Shown: one piece after another, positions 57,279-64,000 of the stretch | How the letters are laid out: every line of letters starts with the position of its first letter | Numbering within the stretch: the stretch's first letter is position 1 | From: Thermodesulfobacteriota bacterium | GTDB lineage: Bacteria; Desulfobacterota; BSN033; UBA1163 | NCBI GenBank assembly: GCA_041947025.1 | Contig: JBHGBJ010000004.1 | Coordinates: 15,837 to 79,836, forward strand | Direction: 5' to 3' | Length of the DNA stretch: 64,000 bases | Made by a program: the position numbers and the translations under genes | The notes under the pieces: model-generated | Seen by the model: the letters and a program-made list of their open reading frames with translations, nothing else | Told to the model about the DNA's origin: nothing | Database searches by the model: none

Positions 57279-57698
57279 ATGAAACTAGCCGCCATAAAGC
57301 TCAAACAGATAGGGCTCAGAGTTACCCCGCAGCGTCAGGCTGTTCTAAAACTCCTGAAAGGAAACCCGACTCATCCTTCGGCAGAAGACGTCTATCATGA
57401 GGTTTTGAAAGAATATCCCCGGATATCATTTGCCACGGTCTACAATACATTGTCGAAGCTTGCAGAGGCAGGAGAGATTCAAGAACTGGATATCGACCCG
57501 AGCAAGAAGAGGTTTGATCCATCTCTATCGCACCACTCGCATTTCTATTGCAGGGTTTGCACAAAGGTTTATGACGTGGAGGAAGAACTTCCCATTCCAA
57601 AAGCGATTCGGCGGATAGCCGGACATGAGATTGAAGCCATACAAGTCAATCTGAAGGGAGTGTGTGATGCCTGTGCCGGCAAAAGAAAAGGCAAATGA
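57279..57698 (+). CDS. perR: Fur-family peroxide-sensing regulator
   Basis: TPQR, HPSAE, ATVYNTL, HSHFYCRVC and GVCDAC; heads an oxidative-stress cluster. Confidence 0.85.
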   Translation: MKLAAIKLKQIGLRVTPQRQAVLKLLKGNPTHPSAEDVYHEVLKEYPRISFATVYNTLSKLAEAGEIQELDIDPSKKRFDPSLSHHSHFYCRVCTKVYDVEEELPIPKAIRRIAGHEIEAIQVNLKGVCDACAGKRKGK

Positions 57699-57812
57699 AA
57701 GAGTTCAAGGCCGCAAATCAACTGCGAGAAAGGAGGGATTGGGAATTTTTGGAACGATTCTTCTTTGGGTAGCCTGATATCTTTTTGAGAATGACAGAAA
57801 AGGAGGGGAAAT

Positions 57813-58403
57813 ATGACCTATCAAGCTAAAGATTTCAATCGAATATTGGGGATGGAGGGATTCAGCGATACGCTTTTAAAGAACCATTTTACTCTCTATC
57901 AAGGTTATGTAACCAATGCGAACAAGCTGATGGATGGACTCAGCCAACTCTTAAAAGAGGGAAAAACCGGGGCTCCGGAATATGTCGAACTGAAGAGGAG
58001 GCTGGGCTGGGAATTTAACGGAATGAGACTTCATGAATACTATTTTGAAAACTTGGGAGGGAAAGACGGTATTCGTAAGGGTGGAAAACTCTATCAAAAG
58101 CTCGTGGAGTCCTTCGGGAGCTACGAGGCATGGGAAAAAGATTTCAAAGCCACAGGGGCCATGAGGGGAATCGGATGGACGATCCTCTATCAAGATATTC
58201 TGGGTGGGAATTTGATCAACTTCTGGATCAACGAGCACGATGTGGGGCATCCCGCCGGCGGAATGCCAATCCTAATTCTTGATGTTTTTGAACATGCCTT
58301 TATGATCGATTATGGCCTTAAGAGAGCCGACTATATCGAGGCCTTCTTTAAGAACATCCACTGGGAAGCCACGGAAAAAAGACTCTTACTTCACAAAGGA
58401 TAA
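57813..58403 (+). CDS. Fe/Mn superoxide dismutase family protein
   Basis: NHF.LY.GYV, NG..LHEYYF and LDVFEHAF. Confidence 0.9.
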   Translation: MTYQAKDFNRILGMEGFSDTLLKNHFTLYQGYVTNANKLMDGLSQLLKEGKTGAPEYVELKRRLGWEFNGMRLHEYYFENLGGKDGIRKGGKLYQKLVESFGSYEAWEKDFKATGAMRGIGWTILYQDILGGNLINFWINEHDVGHPAGGMPILILDVFEHAFMIDYGLKRADYIEAFFKNIHWEATEKRLLLHKG

Positions 58404-58455
58404 GAATCATCAACGGCAATTCTCAAAATATAGAAAATGAATAGGGGGAACATTG

Positions 58456-58953
58456 ATGGCCAAGACAGAACAATTCTTAAAGGAAGCTTTTGCAGGAGAA
58501 TCTCAGGCAAACCGTAAGTACCTGGCCTTTGCGGCCAAGGCGGACCAGGAAGGATTTCCGCAGGTCGCCCGTCTCTTTAGGGCAGCTGCCGAGGCGGAAA
58601 CGGTACACGCCCACAGTCATCTGAGAGCCCTTCATGAGATACGCTCCACGAAGGAAAATCTCCAGGAAGCCATTAACGGTGAAACACACGAGTTTAGAAA
58701 GATGTACCCTGAGATGATCGAGGCAGCAAAAGCCGAGGGGCAGAAGTTGGCGGAGAAGAGTTTTGACTATGCCAATTCGGTAGAGAAGATTCACGCCCAG
58801 CTTTATCAGAAACTCCTGGATGAGTTCGGGAAGACGAAGGAGAACTATCCCTACTATGTTTGTCCTGTGTGCGGGTTTACTGTCGGCAAAGAGGCTCCCG
58901 GAACGTGTCCTGTATGCGGGACGAAGGGATCCCTGTTTAAAAAAATAGATTAA
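58456..58953 (+). CDS. rbr: rubrerythrin
   Basis: [19 protein letters not shown] and CPVCG...CPVCG. Confidence 0.95.
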   Translation: MAKTEQFLKEAFAGESQANRKYLAFAAKADQEGFPQVARLFRAAAEAETVHAHSHLRALHEIRSTKENLQEAINGETHEFRKMYPEMIEAAKAEGQKLAEKSFDYANSVEKIHAQLYQKLLDEFGKTKENYPYYVCPVCGFTVGKEAPGTCPVCGTKGSLFKKID

Positions 58954-58990
58954 AGCGAAAAGCACTTTTCTCATAAGGGAGATGAATACG

Positions 58991-59152
58991 ATGGATAAGG
59001 TTGCCTGTAAAGTTTGTGGATATATTTACGATCCTGCAAGGGGAGACCCTGATAACGGGATAAACGCTGGAACCAGGTTCGAAGATCTCCCCAGCGATTG
59101 GGTTTGTCCGGTGTGCGGCGCACCAAAGGAGATGTTCGAAAAAACAGTTTAA
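58991..59152 (+). CDS. rub: rubredoxin (53 aa, absent from the ORF track)
   Basis: Manual translation [53 protein letters not shown]. Confidence 0.96.
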   Translation: MDKVACKVCGYIYDPARGDPDNGINAGTRFEDLPSDWVCPVCGAPKEMFEKTV

Positions 59153-59183
59153 ACGGGATGAGTCATCAACATGGAGGGATTAC

Positions 59184-59705
59184 ATGTCTGCCGATTTGAA
59201 TCGCAAGGCGTTTGAGAATCTGAGCTATGGCCTTTATATTGTGACTTCTCGGAATGAAAATCGGCTAAATGGCCAGATTGTGAACACGGTTATTCAGGTG
59301 ACCTCTGAGCCCGCTCGATTAGCCGTGATCATCAACAAGAGAAATTTAACCCATGAATATGTTTCTGAAAGCCGGCTGTTTGGCGTGTCTGTACTCGAAG
59401 AAGCGGCTCCCCTGGCCTTCTTTGGACCGTTCGGTTTCAGGTCGGGTAGGGAGTATGATAAACTCTCCAAAGTTCAGTCCAAGGAGGGAGTAACCGGCTG
59501 TCCTCTTGTAACGCAATACGCGCTTTCTTTATTAGAGGCCAGAGTCATTGAACGGATCGACCTTGGTACCCATACCGTTTTCATCGGCGATGTCGTAAGC
59601 TCCGAAGTCTTGAAGGAAGGAAAACCCCTGACTTACCTCTATTACCGTGAGAACCTGAAAGGAAAACCTTCCCAGAACAGCCCGACTTACGTACCACCAA
59701 AATAG
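59184..59705 (+). CDS. flavin reductase-like protein (high-molecular-weight rubredoxin N-domain type)
   Basis: LSYGLYIVTS, NGQIVNT, NLTHE, FGFRSGR..DK and GTHTVFIG. Confidence 0.88.
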   Translation: MSADLNRKAFENLSYGLYIVTSRNENRLNGQIVNTVIQVTSEPARLAVIINKRNLTHEYVSESRLFGVSVLEEAAPLAFFGPFGFRSGREYDKLSKVQSKEGVTGCPLVTQYALSLLEARVIERIDLGTHTVFIGDVVSSEVLKEGKPLTYLYYRENLKGKPSQNSPTYVPPK

Positions 59706-59782
59706 GCACGGCAAAAGACGTAACCTGTTCTTGACTGGTCAAGGGAAAATTTAAGGTGACTGAAACGTAGAAGGAGGTATCC

Positions 59783-60439
59783 GTGCTAAAACTTGGTGAA
59801 AAAGGAACCATTTTGCAGAGGGACAACCAAACGTATGCGGTTGCGCCTCATATTCCGTGCGGTATGCTGACTCCCCAACTGTTGAGGCAATTGGCGGATG
59901 TGGCAGAAAAATACGGCGCGAAGGCCATGAAGATAACGGGGGCCACCCGCATCGCGATCGTTGGCCTCAAGGAGGAGGATATCGATGCGGTTTGGAGCGA
60001 TCTGGGAATGGCCGCCGGGGCTGCCGTTGGCCTCTGTGTTCGGAGTATACGGGCATGCCCTGGGACCACATTTTGCAGGCTCGGAAAGCAAGATGCCATG
60101 GAAGTGGGCTTGACCTTGGACAAGCGGTATCACGGATTCCAGCTTCCCGGCAAGCTTAAGATGTCGGTTTCAGGGTGCATCTTGAATTGTGCCGAATCGT
60201 GGGTGAGAGACATCGGATTAATCGGCCACGAAGAGGGATGGATGCTCACGGTGGGAGGAAATGTGGGCGCGAAGCCGAGGATCGGACAAGAACTGACCAA
60301 GGGATTGAGCAACGACCAGGCGCTTGCAATGGTTGAAAACATTCTTCAGTACTACAAAGCAAATGCCAAAAAGGGAGAACGATTGGGCATGCTGATTGAC
60401 CGGCTTGGCCCTGATGGTCTAAAGAGCCTTGTCCATTGA
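59783..60439 (+). CDS. small siroheme-[4Fe-4S] nitrite/sulfite reductase-like protein
   Basis: ILQRD..TYAVAPHIP.G, ACPGTTFC, SGCILNC and GERLG..IDRLG. Confidence 0.85.
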   Translation: MLKLGEKGTILQRDNQTYAVAPHIPCGMLTPQLLRQLADVAEKYGAKAMKITGATRIAIVGLKEEDIDAVWSDLGMAAGAAVGLCVRSIRACPGTTFCRLGKQDAMEVGLTLDKRYHGFQLPGKLKMSVSGCILNCAESWVRDIGLIGHEEGWMLTVGGNVGAKPRIGQELTKGLSNDQALAMVENILQYYKANAKKGERLGMLIDRLGPDGLKSLVH

Positions 60440-60495
60440 TGCAGGGTCTTTGAGGCACAGCTCGAAACGAATATTTTTTCAGAAAGGAGGAAGTC

Positions 60496-60669
60496 ATGGT
60501 TCAAAAGAAGGCGGCAAGAAAGGTGGCGAAGAAGTCTGTCAAGAAGGGCGATGTCTATCAATGCGGCGTCTGTGGTCTTGCTGTAACGGTGGATGAGGTG
60601 TGTGGCTGCGTGGATGCGTGCGACATCATCTGCTGTGAAAAAGAGATGAAGCCCAAGAAGAAAGTGTAA
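60496..60669 (+). CDS. desulforedoxin-like Cys-rich miniprotein (57 aa, absent from the ORF track)
   Basis: AGGAGG RBS; MVQKKAARKVAKKSVKKGDVYQCGVCGLAVTVDEVCGCVDACDIICCEKEMKPKKKV. Confidence 0.85.
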   Translation: MVQKKAARKVAKKSVKKGDVYQCGVCGLAVTVDEVCGCVDACDIICCEKEMKPKKKV

Positions 60670-60833
60670 TCGAACAATTTTGTCCATGTCTCTGTTGGGA
60701 ACAGGTTATCGACGGAAAGCTTCACGATTTGTTGAAGCTGAGAAGCGGTAGGGGTGTTTGGACGGTTTGGACGAGCAGAAGGTTTGTCAACGATGGTTTG
60801 TTGCAAGAATGCTAACTTTAAAAGCTTCCCAAT

Positions 60834-60923
60834 CATGTCACGACAGCTTTCATCTTCAAAGAGATTCTTGAAGACGGGGAGGAGCATCACGACGTCTTTA
60901 CCACCATGCTCGAAGAGGTGTGA
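60834..60923 (+). pseudogene. 3' remnant of a ferritin-like (bacterioferritin/Dps-like) gene
   Basis: Frame reads HVTTAFIFKEILEDGEEHHDVFTTMLEEV*, with an in-frame stop at 60819-60821 just upstream and no start codon. Confidence 0.7.
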
Positions 60924-61017
60924 GGCAGATTGTTTTCAGGTGCGAGGAGGGTTAATGGGTTGGAGATCATTTTGGCCCTCCACGGATATAAACTAAATCT
61001 GAAGGAGGAATACAAGG

Positions 61018-61512
61018 ATGGAGAAAATTACTTTGTCAGGAGTCAGCCGTCTGTTACCGTGTTCGGTGACACTCTTAAGTGTCGGATCAAAGGGAAAGCA
61101 GGACGCTATGACTGCCTCCGCTATGTTCGTCTCTGAGAATCCCCCTCTGCTAACAGTGAGTGTGGCCAAACACATCGTTTCCCATGATTTGATTGAAGAG
61201 GCGGGAGAATTTGTATTGAACATAGCCTCGACCAATCAGGTAAAATTAGCGAAGCAGCTCGGTTTTACGCACGGAGAACAAGTAGATAAGTTTAAAAGGT
61301 TTAACATTCCTAAGGCAAAGGCAAGCAAAGCCAAGTCCCCCCTGATTAGAGGATCTTTTGCAAACATCGAATGTAGGGTGATAACGTCTCTTTCAGCAGC
61401 CAACTATATTGTCTATCTGGCTGAAGTGGCGGCCTGTAAGGTGGATGAAAAGCAAATCCCTGTCGCCTGGTTCAGGAACAAATATTTTGCTTTGAATGAA
61501 GAGATACGTTGA
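61018..61512 (+). CDS. flavin reductase-like protein
   Basis: VTLLSV, S.NPPLL.VSV, GEFVLNI, G..HG..VDKF and IECRV. AAGGAGG RBS. Confidence 0.87.
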   Translation: MEKITLSGVSRLLPCSVTLLSVGSKGKQDAMTASAMFVSENPPLLTVSVAKHIVSHDLIEEAGEFVLNIASTNQVKLAKQLGFTHGEQVDKFKRFNIPKAKASKAKSPLIRGSFANIECRVITSLSAANYIVYLAEVAACKVDEKQIPVAWFRNKYFALNEEIR

Positions 61513-61579
61513 CGTTGCGCAAATGCAATCGCTCGGCTTTTCTAGATCGGGGTGAGAAATATCAAGCGGGTCGGTGGGC

Positions 61580-61630
61580 CGTGGATGCGTGCGACATGAT
61601 CTGCTTTCAAAAAAAGAGGAAGCCCAAAAA
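61580..61630 (+). pseudogene. degenerate partial duplicate of the desulforedoxin-like gene 3' end
   Basis: CGTGGATGCGTGCGACATGATCTGC...GAAGCCCAA matches about 60608-60657. Confidence 0.7.
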
Positions 61631-61702
61631 CGAGCCTGATTAGAATGCCCTGCGGAGAGAAAAGGCGCGCTGAAAATTCTTTGACGCAAGGAGGTGAGAT
61701 GA

Positions 61703-61888
61703 ATGACCCAGTGGAAATGTTCGAATTGTGGCTATCTATTGGGAGCCGACACCTTGCCCGATCAATGTCCTTCATGCAAACAGGCCTGCACTTTTAGCGA
61801 TGTGACTTGTTACATCCCTGACTGCGGAGGGCCCGAGAACATTGACCCGAGGCTGGCAAGTAAAAAGGAGAGGCTCGATAATACGTAA
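61703..61888 (+). CDS. rubredoxin-like small protein with an extra Cys pair
   Basis: WKCSNCGY...PDQCPSC...CYIPDC; AAGGAGG RBS. Confidence 0.85.
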   Translation: MTQWKCSNCGYLLGADTLPDQCPSCKQACTFSDVTCYIPDCGGPENIDPRLASKKERLDNT

Positions 61889-61954
61889 TACAACGGGGGG
61901 CTCCAACCGAAAACTTGCCGATTTCAATTCTCCACGAATTTTGGAGTACGGCGT

Positions 61955-64000
61955 TTAGCATGACCGAAGGGCTCCCCAGAGCTTCTCGATCAAGGGGGCC
62001 GACTCTTCCAGAGGCAGACAATATTTCATCTCCGTGAATCCTTTCCTGTACCGGGAAATTTCCGGGGCCAATGACTGGCCATGGAGTACCACCCGGCTGA
62101 TGAAATCCGCCAACTCACCAAAATCATCTTCCTTCATTCCGAAGCGCGTCATCTCCTGCACCCCCATTCTCAGGCAACTGGCAGCCGTAAATCCTTCGTC
62201 ATCCGGTGCACCCTGATAGTTGACGATGATATTATTCTCTTCGAGCCGGCTGGCCATAGCCGGACCCTTCCCGTATCCTACCCTCACAATCACCTGATGC
62301 GTCCCCGTATATCCGAGAGCAGGGTTTCCTTCCACGGCGATGCCCCGCTCTTTCAGGGCCCGGGCAAAGGCCTTGGCATTGGAGATAACGGCCTTCTGGA
62401 ATTCCGATTTGAAGGCATTCATTTCATAGGCCGCCATGAGAAGGCCCAGGAGCGTTCCCAGGTGATGGTTGCTCACGCTCCCGGGAAAGACCCTCCGCAA
62501 TATGGTTTCCCAGAGATCTTCACACTCCGTTCCCTTTGACATATTGCTCGCAATCACACCCCTCTGGGACCCGAAAAAAGTCTTATGGGTGGAGCTCGTC
62601 ACGATATCCGCACCCTCCTTGAAGGGTTCCTGATAGTACGGACCTGCCAGACCCAGAACGTGGGCCATGTCGTAGAGGATGATCGGTTTCGGGTGCATTC
62701 CCGAGACCATCCGGCTAAGCTCCTTCAGAGGCTCCCGATAGATCATCATGCTTTTCCCGAGAACGATCAGCTCCGGCTTGTGGAGGTCCAGAAGCTCTCT
62801 GGTCTTTTGGAGATCGATCTGATAAGGGTCCCCCTCAAGAACCGGAAACTCAATCACAGCCGGCCTTTCCATCAAGGGGTCGATGGCAACAAAGTCCCTT
62901 AAGGCACCCATGGGCTGGGCGCTGAGATGACCTCCTCTGGTCAGATGATGGTTCATCACCTTCCTGATTCTACGAGGGTCACCCTTCCGATACATGCGAT
63001 TGAGATAGTCTATCAAACCGCTGAAAACGGCCATATTCGCCATCTGACCGCTGATCACCCTCGTCTCCACTTCTGAGCAGCCGAGGAAGTCTTGAAACTC
63101 CTCCATAACCAGTGTCTCTACTTCCTCGATCAATCTTGTCCCCTGATAGTAGAAGACCTCTTTCTCCTCAAAGGCCTCGAATTTTCGGTGCTCGGCATAC
63201 CTGCCGGAAGGATCGAGTATGGAAAAAAGCTTGACCAGAAGAGAAGGAGTCTGTTCCGAAGGAATGAGATTGAAGGAATCTTTCTGTCTCCAATCGTTGT
63301 TTTGAACGGCCTTGAGCATCAATTGAGTGGCCAGGTTCATTAGCCTTCGTTCTTCGCGTTTCTTCACCGGTTTCTCCACGACAAAGACCGGATGGGCATA
63401 AGGCGGTGCCTCGGGCGAAAGGTTCTTCTCAACGATCAATCCTTCAATCCTCTTTCCCCTGTAGGGAATTTCGATCTTCTGGCCCTCTTCAAGATCCGAA
63501 TCGATGTAAGCAAGCCCGATCGGTCTCATCCTCTTTTCCCCGGTGGGTCTTCCACGGATTCCCGCCTCGTTAAAGACCCAGTAGGGAACCATGGTCCCGC
63601 TGGTCACATGTCCGACCATCCTTCCGTTTGCGAAGACTTCGTATCCTCTCCTTGCAATCCCCTGCCCCTCGATCAGAAAGGGCATAATGCTCTTTGGGAC
63701 GAGGCGTTCCTCCCCGGCCTGGAGAGGATAGTCATTCTCTCTTTTGTTTACCTCTTCGAACTGGGCTCTCAGGGCCTCTTTCCCGATGAAATTTCCTTTC
63801 AAAGGAGCGAAACTGACCGTCACCCTGGCAGCAGGCAGCATGGCATAAATGGGAATTTCCTTCCCCTCCACGTCGAGGCCCAGCTCGTTTCCGTATAGAA
63901 CAAGGCCCGCCTCCAACCGGAGGCTATCCCTTGCGCCAAGGCCTGCTGGAGCAATCCCCTCTTTCCCTCCCTTTGAAAGAATCGTTTCCCACAGATATTC
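61955..64000 (-). CDS. aminomethyltransferase (GcvT) - serine hydroxymethyltransferase-like fusion; 5' end beyond the window
   Basis: Frame is open to 64000 (GLGARDSLRLEAGL.LYGNEL, GcvT). C-terminal SHMT motifs NLIPSE, SGQMAN, GGHLS, DMAH..GL, STHKT, THQV and LRMG. Confidence 0.92.
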   Translation of the reverse strand, partial: EYLWETILSKGGKEGIAPAGLGARDSLRLEAGLVLYGNELGLDVEGKEIPIYAMLPAARVTVSFAPLKGNFIGKEALRAQFEEVNKRENDYPLQAGEERLVPKSIMPFLIEGQGIARRGYEVFANGRMVGHVTSGTMVPYWVFNEAGIRGRPTGEKRMRPIGLAYIDSDLEEGQKIEIPYRGKRIEGLIVEKNLSPEAPPYAHPVFVVEKPVKKREERRLMNLATQLMLKAVQNNDWRQKDSFNLIPSEQTPSLLVKLFSILDPSGRYAEHRKFEAFEEKEVFYYQGTRLIEEVETLVMEEFQDFLGCSEVETRVISGQMANMAVFSGLIDYLNRMYRKGDPRRIRKVMNHHLTRGGHLSAQPMGALRDFVAIDPLMERPAVIEFPVLEGDPYQIDLQKTRELLDLHKPELIVLGKSMMIYREPLKELSRMVSGMHPKPIILYDMAHVLGLAGPYYQEPFKEGADIVTSSTHKTFFGSQRGVIASNMSKGTECEDLWETILRRVFPGSVSNHHLGTLLGLLMAAYEMNAFKSEFQKAVISNAKAFARALKERGIAVEGNPALGYTGTHQVIVRVGYGKGPAMASRLEENNIIVNYQGAPDDEGFTAASCLRMGVQEMTRFGMKEDDFGELADFISRVVLHGQSLAPEISRYRKGFTEMKYCLPLEESAPLIEKLWGALRSC

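Noticed and set aside
60955-60996. 13-codon ORF MGWRSFWPSTDIN after a strong GAGGAGG RBS
   Set aside because: Too short to assess; more likely the leftover start of a deleted gene beside the ferritin remnant.
57279-61888. Selenocysteine read-through in the redox cluster
   Set aside because: No in-frame TGA at a Cys-equivalent position with continued homology was seen.

Overview
A 64-kb bacterial chromosomal segment with a housekeeping/metabolic character. The gene content (four-subunit 2-oxoacid:ferredoxin oxidoreductase, rubrerythrin/rubredoxin, sigma-54 promoters, two-subunit GcvP) suggests an anaerobic deltaproteobacterium such as Desulfobacterota; that assignment is inference. I found no rRNA, tRNA, CRISPR array or intact transposase. 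Main loci: proC, deoxynucleoside kinase, plsC-like acyltransferase, korDABC, two UbiD decarboxylases, a PilZ/pilin/HD-GYP/AsmA/YdbL region, DUF2339-DUF3999, hisF, serB, ggt, amidase, two dienelactone hydrolases, an anSME-like radical SAM, amtB-glnK-glnD, gcvPB, an RND efflux operon, a PerR-led oxidative-stress cluster, and a GcvT-SHMT fusion truncated by the window end. The most unusual signals are: (1) a ~20-bp palindrome (CCTGCCTGCCGGCAGGCAGG type) that sits inside other repeats and inside itself, where removing it restores the host repeat; (2) an in-frame Zn-ribbon/ParB to solute-binding-protein chimera; (3) a sigma-54 pilin-like plus HD-GYP module; (4) small Cys-rich genes and gene remnants in the PerR cluster that the ORF track missed; (5) a UbiD with substituted catalytic residues. 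Family assignments come from motif recognition only; no database search was run.
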